A stretch of DNA of 64,000 nt from a virus. Location: IMG/VR virus record IMGVR_UViG_3300023174_000089, positions 50,874-114,873 of that record; one strand, written 5' to 3'. The position numbers and the translations under genes were made by a program. Positions 46,174 to 56,247 of this stretch are shown piece by piece (position 1 is the stretch's first letter; every line of letters begins with the position of its first letter). The notes beneath the pieces were generated by a model. The model had not been told where the DNA came from and did no database searches. It worked only from the letters and a program-made list of their open reading frames with translations.

Positions 46174-46857
46174 TTACGCCGTAACAGTCAACTTAACTGG
46201 TGTAGATGTTGCTGAAGCACCTGTACCTGTTGCAGAAACAGTTACTCTATAGTAATTGTTATTAGCATCGGTAAATGTTGGGGTAATTGTCAATGTTGCG
46301 GTTGTTCCACCAGAATATGTTGTATTTGCTGGTGTACCATTCGAAACGTTGACATAAGAACCGCCAAGTGTTGCAGAACGCTGCCATTGATAAGTCAATG
46401 GAGCTGCAGTATTTCCTGATGTAATCGAAGCTGCAACTGTAAACGATGCTACTCTTCCACCACCAAATTGAACAGAATTTGCAGAAGGATTGGTACCAAT
46501 TGTGATGATGGCATCTTGATATGTTGTATCTTCATCGTCACCATTGAAGTTTGAAATGGCTACCAAAACTTCTTGTTGGACACGACCAGCACGACCACCA
46601 GAACCAGTGGTTCTTAATACCCATCCTTGATGAGCAGCTTTACCATTAACATTAATCTCATTGGCATCAACACCAAAAAGACCAATTGTTTCACCAACCG
46701 TATAAACGTCAGCGGTAGTGTTTGCATATAAGCGAGCTACATTGGCTGCCGTTGGAGCAGCATAATTGGCTTTTACGTTTGTAGCATTTACGATTGTTGA
46801 ATTGACAGCCCAATATGGTGCATTGGCTGCGTTATCGAATTTTCCATGCGATGACAT
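46174..46857 (-). CDS. Virion structural protein with C-terminal Ig-like domain
   Basis: H.GWV....G..GR.GRV..EVLVA; F.V.A, TYQWQ, TLTI, YYRV.VS; late promoter and terminator. Confidence 0.75.
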   Translation of the reverse strand: MSSHGKFDNAANAPYWAVNSTIVNATNVKANYAAPTAANVARLYANTTADVYTVGETIGLFGVDANEINVNGKAAHQGWVLRTTGSGGRAGRVQQEVLVAISNFNGDDEDTTYQDAIITIGTNPSANSVQFGGGRVASFTVAASITSGNTAAPLTYQWQRSATLGGSYVNVSNGTPANTTYSGGTTATLTITPTFTDANNNYYRVTVSATGTGASATSTPVKLTVTA

Positions 46858-46888
46858 CTTTTTTCTCCTTTAAATGTCCATTGTTAGT

Positions 46889-46896
46889 TATTTATC
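46889..46896 (-). promoter_or_regulatory. Late promoter-like GATAAATA
   Basis: About 30 nt upstream of the structural gene. Confidence 0.6.
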
Positions 46897-48079
46897 TTGT
46901 TATACTCTTTTGTTTTTGGTCTATTGGTGGACCAGGTTTTCTCATCAAAGGATCAATTTCCAAAGTATCTCTGGTTTGACCAGTCAAAGTTTTACCTCCA
47001 GTTAAAACTGCTGCGGCCTGTGGTTGATTCTCGGCCATACCTAATTTTTTCTCAGCTTTTACCATGGTTGGTTTTTTACCATAAGTAGCAACGGATTTAT
47101 CTTCTTTTTCATGGTCATATAATTCTTCTTTAACCACCTTATGCTTTTTATATAAAGCCTTAATCATACGAGCCGATTTGGACATTTCTCTTTTTCTTAC
47201 TTTTTCTTCTGGTGGCAAATCTGCAATTTCCATACCAGTAGTTTGTGTGGCTGCATAAGAATCTTGATAAGTATCTTCTCTATTAAGAAGCTTAGATATA
47301 AACGAAGCTTTCTTTGATGGTTTCTTGGCCAGAGTTTTTGGTTTAGGACTGTAACTAGGAGTGCCTAAATTTACTTTGACATTACGTTTACCTTTAATAG
47401 AATCCAAAGCAGCTTGAGATACATGACCTTGAACTCCAGTGGAGAATACTTCAGATACGCTTTCAGTTTCTTCAGATGTTGGTTTAAAACCCATTAAACG
47501 AGAAATTGACCTTGATACATTTTTTGCTGAAACTTCTTTACCTTTTTTCTTTTTACCAACTTGATCTCCATGAAAATCATCTCTGCGTTTCTTGTAGAGA
47601 GATTTAACGGTATCATAGTTTAATTCATCCAAAGTTTCTTCTTTCATTTTCATTTCATCTTTACGTTTACCAAAAGTTGAATGAACGAGTTTGTCTAATT
47701 TTTTATGAAATGAAGTTTCTTTGGTTTTACTTACACCTGCATCAGCAGCTTCCTTATTCAAGTGTTTTTCTAAACGATCAATAGCACCTTTCATATCAGG
47801 TTTTTCTTTTGACTGTTTTTCAATCTCAGCATGTTTCTTTTCACGTTCAGCAGATGCTTTACGAAACTTTTGTAATGAAGTTAATTTCTTTTCTTCAATG
47901 TGTTCAACTTCTTCTTTTGCAAAACGATCCCAATGGTCTGCTTTCCATTTTGCATACTGAGAGGATTTAGCATGAGCTATTTTTGTATCTCTAGTTACAA
48001 ATTTTGCATTAATTCCTCTGGAATTTAAATATGCAGCTAAAAGCTGTTCTTCGCTAGCTTCTAAAATGTTATCTTTCAT
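46892..48079 (-). CDS. Lys/Glu-rich modular putative head-internal protein
   Basis: Basic modules separated by [ILV]xE/EE linkers. Confidence 0.6.
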   Translation of the reverse strand: MKDNILEASEEQLLAAYLNSRGINAKFVTRDTKIAHAKSSQYAKWKADHWDRFAKEEVEHIEEKKLTSLQKFRKASAEREKKHAEIEKQSKEKPDMKGAIDRLEKHLNKEAADAGVSKTKETSFHKKLDKLVHSTFGKRKDEMKMKEETLDELNYDTVKSLYKKRRDDFHGDQVGKKKKGKEVSAKNVSRSISRLMGFKPTSEETESVSEVFSTGVQGHVSQAALDSIKGKRNVKVNLGTPSYSPKPKTLAKKPSKKASFISKLLNREDTYQDSYAATQTTGMEIADLPPEEKVRKREMSKSARMIKALYKKHKVVKEELYDHEKEDKSVATYGKKPTMVKAEKKLGMAENQPQAAAVLTGGKTLTGQTRDTLEIDPLMRKPGPPIDQKQKSITR

Positions 48080-49671
48080 TTTTTGCTCTCTGACGTTCCA
48101 GTTTTACCTAACATCTCTGTTTTAACTTTTTTCATTGCTGCTCGAGCTAAATCTCTAGCACGGGACATAGGAGTATGAACTGCACCAGATTTATCTTTAA
48201 CATCAGTTGGAGCTGACCTTGTGTAAGGCTCGTCAAAAGGAGGAGCATCGTCAGTTTCAGGACGCTTTCCTTCCATCTTCAACGTTTGTTTTGTTTCGTG
48301 TGATTTTCTTGCTAGTGTATCATCAGGCTGAATAACAGCAGGTGTAGCATCTTTTGGTTCTTTCTCACCTTCTTTGTCTAAAGGACGAACACGAATTTTG
48401 TAAGATTTAAAATCATTAGATTTGCCACCTTCTGATCTACCAGCCAATGTATCTGTCGTTATGGCAGAAGAATCTTCAGAAGCTTCTTTCATCGCTTGTT
48501 TAGTTGCCGTAGCATACATTACATCTTTTGCACGAGCACCATAACGGGCTTTGAATCCAGCTAATCCTTTTTTCATGCCTTTAACAATATCTTCTTTTTT
48601 CTTCATTTCAGCATTGGTCATTTTACGCTCTTCTAAATCATGAACTTCTAATAGAGCATCAATATCTTCGTCAGACCAATCCTCATCTTCTTTACGTAAT
48701 TTAGCGAGAATTGCACCAGCAACACGTTTACCTGCTTCACCTGAACCATATCGTTCACCTGCTTTTTTAGCAATCATGCTAAATGCTTTACCTGGTTTAC
48801 CAATGTCTTTACCTGCACGTGCTGCTTTGGCTGAATATCCAGCTTTCTCATCGAGAATTTCTTCTTCAACTTCAACTTCTTCTTTTGCAGTCTTCCATCC
48901 ACCACCCATTGCTTTGTATTTCTTGGATGCCCAACCATTAGCGTATGCTGAAGGATATACTGCAAATTTAGATTTAGCTGCTGCTTTAGCTTTAGCCCAT
49001 TTTTCTGGACTTGTTGGTACATTCTTTTCATCAATTTGTTCAACTTCTTCATTACGTGCTTTAGCTAAATTGGCCGAAGCAGAAATAGAATCTTTTGCCG
49101 GAGCTTTTACTTCTGCCGGTGTCAATGGTGCATCACCACGAGCTTTACGAACAGAGGCAGGTATATCAGAACGCTTCATGCCTTCAATTAATTTTTTAGC
49201 AAAATGCATATCTTCTTTGACTTTCTTTTGGCCACGGAGAATGGCAAAGTCTTGTGCATCTATTTTGTTGTTTTTATTCTTATCAATTTTATGTTGATCG
49301 CCTTTAAGTTCTTCTTTTTTGACTTCTTCTTTTTGTACCTTCTCTTTATCAGCCAAAGCTTTTTTCATAGATTCTTTTTTGTTACCATCTTTATCAAAGT
49401 CAAGATAATCTGGCTTAGCGGCCTCATCATAACGACCTTTCGTTTTTTTGTGATCTTCTACATCTTTATCAATCAAATCTTTGGTCTTAGGACCTTTTAA
49501 TGTATCAACGGAAGACTTTGTTTGATCTTGTTTAGCCTTTGCTGAATTGCCATAACTACGGCCATATACTTTCATGCCTGTAGAAGTGGGTTCTTTGACA
49601 GGACCAGCCTCGTCAATGACGTTTTTAACAGCATCTATTAAAGATTGGCTTACATTAATTTTTGTAAACAT
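48076..49671 (-). CDS. Lys/Glu-rich modular putative head-internal polyprotein
   Basis: EF-hand-like DFDKDGN and DKNKNNKID loops, YPSAYANGW module, KDVMYATATK module, EE linkers. Confidence 0.65.
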   Translation of the reverse strand: MFTKINVSQSLIDAVKNVIDEAGPVKEPTSTGMKVYGRSYGNSAKAKQDQTKSSVDTLKGPKTKDLIDKDVEDHKKTKGRYDEAAKPDYLDFDKDGNKKESMKKALADKEKVQKEEVKKEELKGDQHKIDKNKNNKIDAQDFAILRGQKKVKEDMHFAKKLIEGMKRSDIPASVRKARGDAPLTPAEVKAPAKDSISASANLAKARNEEVEQIDEKNVPTSPEKWAKAKAAAKSKFAVYPSAYANGWASKKYKAMGGGWKTAKEEVEVEEEILDEKAGYSAKAARAGKDIGKPGKAFSMIAKKAGERYGSGEAGKRVAGAILAKLRKEDEDWSDEDIDALLEVHDLEERKMTNAEMKKKEDIVKGMKKGLAGFKARYGARAKDVMYATATKQAMKEASEDSSAITTDTLAGRSEGGKSNDFKSYKIRVRPLDKEGEKEPKDATPAVIQPDDTLARKSHETKQTLKMEGKRPETDDAPPFDEPYTRSAPTDVKDKSGAVHTPMSRARDLARAAMKKVKTEMLGKTGTSESKK

Positions 49672-51463
49672 TTTTTTTCTCCGTTGTTTTTCTTTTTTTT
49701 ATTTGAGTGGTAATATTTCTTTCCACATCTTTATACGTTTCCAAAGGTTCTTTATTGGTTGAACCACCAAGAACGCCAGCAACACCCATGTTATTGGCAC
49801 CAGGATCGTCAATCGCTTCCAATACTTTTCTAAACTTACTAAATTGTTTTTGTTCTCTATAAGTTACATCGCCTAGACCTGACATAGGATATACTGTTCC
49901 TTGCTGGCGTGTATCGTATTCGGGACCTACCGAGGCCACGTTTCTAATTCTTTGGTTTACCGACTGTATATCGGTAAACCTTTTCCTTTTACCTACTTTT
50001 TCTTTGTCTTTGGAGAAGTTGGTCTCTTTTGGCTCTGGCGAGATTTTGAGGACTGGCTTTTCTTCTGTGTAGGTGCGGAAGGTGTAACTTCCTCTTGTTT
50101 TGTTTGCGTTCCACTTGATGTCGTCTGCGTTGGGGTCGCTTGCTCGGTTGTCGGGGGACAAACTATCGAGGCCACCTGCTCGGAGTTCTGGCGTGGTTTT
50201 AACTTTAGAAAATCTATTAGCGCTTTTAACATTTTTTTCTTCCTTAAATAATGAAACATTCCTATTTTTCCAATCACTAGCGATATCATTAATATTGCCA
50301 GTATCCAAGAATTGTTTAGTAAATTGATATACCTCTGTAATATCCTGTTCCTTGGTATCTAATTTACCAGTATTGTCAAATCCAATGAAATCAACAAACA
50401 TTTCTCTAAAATATTTAGTATTTTCTTGACATTTCATCCATTTGTCATACCGAACCGACTCCACCATCATTCTGGATAATGCCGAGTTTCTTTCTTTACT
50501 AACTTCGTTGGTGGTATTGACAAAAATCATCATGGTGTCATACCCCAATTCTTCCAATTCTTCTTTTATATATGACAACCTCTGGAGGTCATCGGCCGGA
50601 CCATTAATTAATAATGGACCTCTCCTACGGATGGCTTCCCTACGGAAATCACTGGTTTTTTCTGATAATTTTTGTTTGTCGGCAAGATAATCCTTGGCCT
50701 GGACAAAATTTAACTCAACAATTTTACCTTCAGCAATGGCTTCACGAATTACAATATCTTTACCAGAACCTGGACCACCAGTTACGAATATTGCCTTAAA
50801 TTGACCACGGTTATACTGTTCATGTAAACCCATACCTTTACGAGTATCGTGCATTAACTCTTTGGCATGAGAATCAGAAACATGAGAAGGTACACCTTTT
50901 CTAAATTCATGGAAGTTTTTATTCTTGGCATGTTCTCTCATCTTAGTAGCCGACATACCTTCGGTACCTTCAGCATCAGGATCACGATGACCAGCTGAAT
51001 GAACTGTAATTTTCTTAAAATGATATTTTCCGTGACCAGCTTCTACGCCATTGTATTTGTGTAATAGATGGTGCATTTCTTTAACACGATCAGAACCAAC
51101 AACAACATGTAAATGTGTTACACCATTATTATGGGCTTCTACCGCATGATGTAATATTGTTGGCTTTTCTTTTGATGCTGCTTTAAAATTTGTACCACCA
51201 GATTTTGATTCCTCTGTTATTGGGCCAGCGGCATAGCGTTTGAGGTGTTTAATCTTCTGTTCTGCACTCAGAGGATTCTTCTTGCTATCTTGTGTATGTG
51301 AAACGACAATCGTATGGGTTGCATTATTTTTCTTTGCAATCTCTTTTACTTTATTGATTAGTTTCAAATGTCCTGATGTGGGTGGACTCATTCTACCAAA
51401 AGTAATAACATGGTGTTTCTCACCCTCTTGTTGTTCTTTTAGTATATCTAAAAATGATTTCAT
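49655..51463 (-). CDS. HxGH nucleotidyltransferase fused to a P-loop kinase domain
   Basis: MKSFLDILKE; FGRM.PPT.GH, KNPL, VVGSDR, SAG.RDPD, MSATKMR; FVTGGPGSGK. Confidence 0.8.
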   Translation of the reverse strand: MKSFLDILKEQQEGEKHHVITFGRMSPPTSGHLKLINKVKEIAKKNNATHTIVVSHTQDSKKNPLSAEQKIKHLKRYAAGPITEESKSGGTNFKAASKEKPTILHHAVEAHNNGVTHLHVVVGSDRVKEMHHLLHKYNGVEAGHGKYHFKKITVHSAGHRDPDAEGTEGMSATKMREHAKNKNFHEFRKGVPSHVSDSHAKELMHDTRKGMGLHEQYNRGQFKAIFVTGGPGSGKDIVIREAIAEGKIVELNFVQAKDYLADKQKLSEKTSDFRREAIRRRGPLLINGPADDLQRLSYIKEELEELGYDTMMIFVNTTNEVSKERNSALSRMMVESVRYDKWMKCQENTKYFREMFVDFIGFDNTGKLDTKEQDITEVYQFTKQFLDTGNINDIASDWKNRNVSLFKEEKNVKSANRFSKVKTTPELRAGGLDSLSPDNRASDPNADDIKWNANKTRGSYTFRTYTEEKPVLKISPEPKETNFSKDKEKVGKRKRFTDIQSVNQRIRNVASVGPEYDTRQQGTVYPMSGLGDVTYREQKQFSKFRKVLEAIDDPGANNMGVAGVLGGSTNKEPLETYKDVERNITTQIKKRKTTEKKNVYKN

Positions 51464-52588
51464 TTATTGAACTTTCTGAAACCGTGTGTTTGTCAAGAGT
51501 GCATGAGATACTTTTTGTGGCACCAACTTGGCAGCAGGCCGATTATTTTTCTGGAGCACAATGCCTTCTCCTGGCGACTTTTTACCCTCTATGCTTGTTT
51601 CCATATCAGTATGGTGTATATTCTTTAATAGACTTTCGGTTGCTTGTGATAGGTGATGCCTAATTTCAAGTGACCTTTGGAAATTCTCTTTATGTGTGTC
51701 AACATGATTGACCAAGGCATCATAGTGTTGTTCTTTTCTCAATTGTCCTACAGGCGTTTTCATCTTGCCAGCTTCTTTCTGTTTTATTTTATTTAAATGT
51801 GTTTTAAAACCATTTACTGAAGGTTTTGTATTCTGCCTTGTTGTTCCGTTAAGATATGTTATAAAGTGTTTCGTGTGTTCTGGTGTCAAGTGTTCAGAAG
51901 TATGTTTATCTAAAAGTTGTTGAGCCATATTTAGGTGGTGCTCTGTGGTTTCTTTATCTTTTTGAGAATAGGAAGATGGTTCAGCATTGTATTCATGGTT
52001 TGGTACAAAAACATTATTCGAATGTTTTAGAGCACCTTTTGAAAGGGCTTGTGCGACACCTTTTTTAACTTCGGTGTGTATAGCGATACCAACTGGTGCT
52101 TTTGTTTTTGCTTTATATGTTATTCTATTTGGTGTGGTTGATGTGTGTTCACCTTCTTTTTTTACTTCTTCAGCTGGACTAAACAACAAATCTCCTTGAA
52201 CATGGTGACCTTTATTGACAAATTCTTTACCGTGTTTTAGTATGTGTTTAAGAGCTTTAGCGTAACCTGGTGCATGGCCAAAATGTTTATCGATTTCCTG
52301 TGGTGTTCTTGCTATAACACCTCGTTTGAATCTATGTTTGTCGGATACACCAACACCATCTTTATCGTGTATGACATGGACAGACGCACCACCATCCACT
52401 TTTAGCGTGGCTTTGGTGTCACCAGATGGTTTACCTTGGCGAATGTTATGAAAGTCCCTCAAAAGATTTATTGCCTCTTGTCCTTTTGATGTATCCTCAT
52501 GGGGTATATCTTTTGTATGGGTTAAATGACCCAATTGTTCATCGTCAATAGATGTAGCTTCTCTCAGAAACGATAAAAAAGACCGCAT
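51464..52588 (-). CDS. Ligase-fold (KxDG) protein of T4-like phages (DUF6267-like)
   Basis: Annotated start MRSFLSFLRE; HLTH..D, TLKVDG, QGDLLF, PNRITY, EGIV, KLV. Confidence 0.7.
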   Translation of the reverse strand: MRSFLSFLREATSIDDEQLGHLTHTKDIPHEDTSKGQEAINLLRDFHNIRQGKPSGDTKATLKVDGGASVHVIHDKDGVGVSDKHRFKRGVIARTPQEIDKHFGHAPGYAKALKHILKHGKEFVNKGHHVQGDLLFSPAEEVKKEGEHTSTTPNRITYKAKTKAPVGIAIHTEVKKGVAQALSKGALKHSNNVFVPNHEYNAEPSSYSQKDKETTEHHLNMAQQLLDKHTSEHLTPEHTKHFITYLNGTTRQNTKPSVNGFKTHLNKIKQKEAGKMKTPVGQLRKEQHYDALVNHVDTHKENFQRSLEIRHHLSQATESLLKNIHHTDMETSIEGKKSPGEGIVLQKNNRPAAKLVPQKVSHALLTNTRFQKVQ

Positions 52589-52634
52589 TGATTTCCTTAC
52601 TAGATTTGCAACACACTTTGGTTGCCGGTTTGCT

Positions 52635-52642
52635 TATTTATA
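52635..52642 (-). promoter_or_regulatory. T4 late promoter TATAAATA
   Basis: Exact consensus in the intergenic gap heading the 52588-44805 gene run. Confidence 0.75.
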
Positions 52643-52712
52643 CAACATTTAAATTTTCTATGTTTCAAACTAAAAACATTCGGTTCGATACATAGCACAA
52701 AAAATGTTGGAT

Positions 52713-53423
52713 TTAAAACTGTGTTCCTTCAAAGTCCAACCAATAAGTTGTCATTTTACCCTTTCCCTCAAGGAGGTAGAATGGTAAAGTATGAATTAAA
52801 CCTCGGCTAGAACCATAGTATAACAGTTCTTTAGGACCTCTGTCAAGTGCCCAAGCAAAATGGCTAGAACCAGTATCACCACCTACAAAGATTTCGGCTG
52901 TGGTAATGTGGTAATAATTCTGAACAAAATTGGTAGAATACCGCCAGCCTTCGTATGGACAAGATTCTGAGAAGTGTCCTTTTCGGCAGATTACTTTTTC
53001 ATAATCTTTATATTCTTCAGTTGAGAATTTCTGTATAATTTGTTCAAATACTGTTTTAGGCCAGTTGCGCCATGTATTATATGGTGCATCAAACAATGGA
53101 AATACAGTAATCTTTTTCTCCATCGGCGCATTATTTGGTATCTTTACCAAATCACCAGAAATGTCACGAAAATCCCATATATTCACTTTTCTCCATGGCA
53201 ACGATTGGTCACCAGGCTCAGCCGAAAAGTAGTTGGTCATTTTCAACATTATCTCATAAAATGTTTGACAATGTGTATCCGAACTAATATTACCAGGTTT
53301 TAAATGAAACTGAATAAGTGGGTTGTTATTTGTTTTACGAATATGTTCTAAAACATTTGCAACACCAATCATATCACCATTACGAATTGTACCAAAGGTA
53401 CCAGGTTCAATATTAATAATCAT
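52713..53423 (-). CDS. GT9-like glycosyltransferase
   Basis: GDMI N-terminal motif, RNWP, FVGGDTGSSHFA. Confidence 0.65.
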   Translation of the reverse strand: MIINIEPGTFGTIRNGDMIGVANVLEHIRKTNNNPLIQFHLKPGNISSDTHCQTFYEIMLKMTNYFSAEPGDQSLPWRKVNIWDFRDISGDLVKIPNNAPMEKKITVFPLFDAPYNTWRNWPKTVFEQIIQKFSTEEYKDYEKVICRKGHFSESCPYEGWRYSTNFVQNYYHITTAEIFVGGDTGSSHFAWALDRGPKELLYYGSSRGLIHTLPFYLLEGKGKMTTYWLDFEGTQF

Positions 53424-54163
53424 AATAAAGATTGTAATTCATTTGCGTGAACTAACTTAGCCTTTCGATTTAAATAAAAGTGTTTTTCAAAAATCTGATT
53501 AATGTTCTTGCCATTATCCCAAGATACATCATCACCAACCCTAAATTCTGGTTTCCAATCTTCTGCTTTCCATACACAATATAAAGGAACATTACAGAGA
53601 TCGGCCAACATACCAACACCAGTGAAATTCGTAATAAATGGTTTCTTTAGATTTTTAATAATGTAAGCATTCTCCAACATTGGTCGATTGAAATCTATAA
53701 ACTCACAATCTTTTAGATGTGATAGTATATGTGTTTCTCTACGGTCATCAATATTGCCTACTGCCCATCGGTCACCAACATAATAAGCATCTTTAATTTC
53801 AATATCATATTCAGGAGTTAAAGGAACAAAATCATCATCAACTTTAAATAACATTCTGTATTTGTCATTTAACCAATTTTCATATCGGCATGTTTCTGTT
53901 GGCCTATTTGGATCTTCTTTATCTTCTCTAATTGGCCATGAACTTAAATTGATGACATCACCATATATAAACAATTCATCATCAAAACTAACATCAGTAA
54001 ACAAATCTTGAAACAATAAAAATTCTTTGAGACCGTTGAATTTCCTCATTTCACTTTTAATTACAAGGTCAAATTTAGCAACATCTTTACTGACGCCAGA
54101 CAAAACAGGCATCGCATTTAAAAAATCACCAAGATTAGAAGTTCCACTAACAAATATTTTCAT
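53420..54163 (-). CDS. GT9-like glycosyltransferase (divergent)
   Basis: NLGDFLNAMPVL; FITNFTG...LA...VP. Confidence 0.55.
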   Translation of the reverse strand: MKIFVSGTSNLGDFLNAMPVLSGVSKDVAKFDLVIKSEMRKFNGLKEFLLFQDLFTDVSFDDELFIYGDVINLSSWPIREDKEDPNRPTETCRYENWLNDKYRMLFKVDDDFVPLTPEYDIEIKDAYYVGDRWAVGNIDDRRETHILSHLKDCEFIDFNRPMLENAYIIKNLKKPFITNFTGVGMLADLCNVPLYCVWKAEDWKPEFRVGDDVSWDNGKNINQIFEKHFYLNRKAKLVHANELQSLL

Positions 54164-54960
54164 TTACTAAATTCCTTAAAAGCAACAAACCAGTCCGATT
54201 TAGAAACTGGATGTAATTCAAACAATTCTGGTTTTTGCAGATATGACATCAACAATAATGTTTGATCATCATCCACTAAATTATTTTTTATCAATTCACT
54301 TATACTATGATGCACCAATTTCTCTAAAGTGAACCACATTTCTTTTCCAGCAACAATACATGGTCCTGTTATGTGAACATCATTATTAAAAATTACATCA
54401 CTAATGTAGGTATTTGGTACCCACTCTTTAATATTGAAAAAGTGAATTTTGTTTTTATCAAAAGGATATTTCCACTTCTTTACACCATTCAATGTTGATT
54501 CTTCTCTACAATAACCAAAGTCCATCCATGCCACTAAGTCGGTTGAAACTACATCATTCTCAATTGCTTTAGTAATGAAAGAGGACTTTAATGTATTGAC
54601 GGTAACATAATCTGCATTCCAATATTCAGGATTTCTACATTCTCTAGGATTGATTTTAATTTGAAACTCTTTGCTTTTTTGTACCTTTGAAATCTTTTCT
54701 CTAAGGTCTTTAAAATTATCCTGAAAATCAATCGTGAATATATCTGTAGGTCTATCTTGCCTTAAAAATCGAATATCAGACACAAATTCTTTTGATGTAA
54801 ACACGACCATGGGATTTTCTAATTTGGCCATATAACCAAATCGTTCCAAGTATGTTTGATTTGTTCTGTGTAAATAATGTGGTAAACCTTTATCAGGAGT
54901 CCAATCGCCACGGCCAATATCAAAGAAAGCAGTTGTAATCGTTATATCACTCATACCCAA
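54160..54960 (-). CDS. HtrL/YibB-family protein
   Basis: IT..TAFFDIGR..W, R....Y...F, PEYW...Y, AW.DFGY, DDDQ. Confidence 0.8.
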   Translation of the reverse strand: MGMSDITITTAFFDIGRGDWTPDKGLPHYLHRTNQTYLERFGYMAKLENPMVVFTSKEFVSDIRFLRQDRPTDIFTIDFQDNFKDLREKISKVQKSKEFQIKINPRECRNPEYWNADYVTVNTLKSSFITKAIENDVVSTDLVAWMDFGYCREESTLNGVKKWKYPFDKNKIHFFNIKEWVPNTYISDVIFNNDVHITGPCIVAGKEMWFTLEKLVHHSISELIKNNLVDDDQTLLLMSYLQKPELFELHPVSKSDWFVAFKEFSK

Positions 54961-55706
54961 TAATATTTCTTATAGTTGTTGACAATTTCTATATGCTCTG
55001 GTTGTTCATTTACAAACTTGTCATAATCATAACCATTATTCTGATGATGGTGTGTATCTGTCATATATGGATTAACAGAATAATTTTTACCACACAAGAA
55101 GTAATACACAACCATATAACAATCCATGTAACCCAAAGGATTATATTTTATTTGAAACCAATCATGGTTTTCTTTAAACCATTCAATAACTTTATCATGG
55201 TTATTTAAGAATGTTGCAACTTTGAATATTGATCCACCACCACATCCATATTGATTTGTGATAGGTCTTATACCAGAAAAAGTTTCAATACTATTCATAA
55301 TAAAGTCTGGAATAACATTCCCAATACGAATATCGTGGCCTACCATTTCCCACTCTTTATGTAATGTAATTTGTTTTTTAATCCAAACATCATCTTCAAC
55401 CATCATTATATGTGATGTATTACACTTTTGGCAAGCCAGTTTGAATCTTTCTAACCATGATATTACTTTTTCCATATTGTAACTAGGATATCCAAGTTTT
55501 GTTTTAAATGGGTAATAATCACAATTATTGTCTATTGCAATATCAGATAAATCATCTGCGGCATCTGATCCCAAAAAATAATAGGCATCAGGATAATACT
55601 TACGAATATTTTCTACAATTTTTCTGGTTGAGATAGATTTACCAGCACTGGCTAAATGACAGAATGATACATCAATCATGGCGTACCACAAACATAATAG
55701 AATCAC
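54951..55706 (-). CDS. Glycosyltransferase-like (GT-A) protein
   Basis: R..YPD, SD, VEDDV, YG.GGG. Confidence 0.55.
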   Translation of the reverse strand: MILLCLWYAMIDVSFCHLASAGKSISTRKIVENIRKYYPDAYYFLGSDAADDLSDIAIDNNCDYYPFKTKLGYPSYNMEKVISWLERFKLACQKCNTSHIMMVEDDVWIKKQITLHKEWEMVGHDIRIGNVIPDFIMNSIETFSGIRPITNQYGCGGGSIFKVATFLNNHDKVIEWFKENHDWFQIKYNPLGYMDCYMVVYYFLCGKNYSVNPYMTDTHHHQNNGYDYDKFVNEQPEHIEIVNNYKKYYWV

Positions 55707-56247
55707 TCATGTTCGAAATTTCACGAGCATCAATGATTTCATAAACCATATCCTTAGGTACTAACTTCTTATATTCTTCTGTCCATTCCATTTGTGCAAT
55801 ATCTTCAATAACGAAAACACCAAATTGTCTTAGCTTTGGTAAATATAATTGAAGTGATTGTAAATGGCTCTCTTTAGTATGTGGGCCATCATCAATAATG
55901 ATATCGAAATTTGGCAACGATTCGGCAAATTCTCTACGATAACCATCAGCATAAATTACTTTAACTCTAGGATAAGGTTCACAGTTTTGTTTTGCACCAA
56001 AATCAACGGGATCAACACCATAGATTTCTGCTTTAGGAAAATAATGATGCCATACAGCCAAACTACCACCACGGTGAATACCTAATTCTAAAATTCTTAA
56101 ATTTTCTTGATATCGATATTTACTAAACTCTTTATCATAAAAAGCTGTGCAATATTTGTGATTAAATTCTTTATCTGTTCCAAACTCATAATGTGTATCA
56201 TTACGAATATTGTGTTCAATCATAATATCAACAAGTGTATTCATCAC
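55672..56247 (-). CDS. Class I SAM methyltransferase
   Basis: TDK...H.Y, LELGI..GGSL..W, FDIIIDDG.H, G.FVIED. Confidence 0.85.
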   Translation of the reverse strand: MMNTLVDIMIEHNIRNDTHYEFGTDKEFNHKYCTAFYDKEFSKYRYQENLRILELGIHRGGSLAVWHHYFPKAEIYGVDPVDFGAKQNCEPYPRVKVIYADGYRREFAESLPNFDIIIDDGPHTKESHLQSLQLYLPKLRQFGVFVIEDIAQMEWTEEYKKLVPKDMVYEIIDAREISNMSDSIMFVVRHD

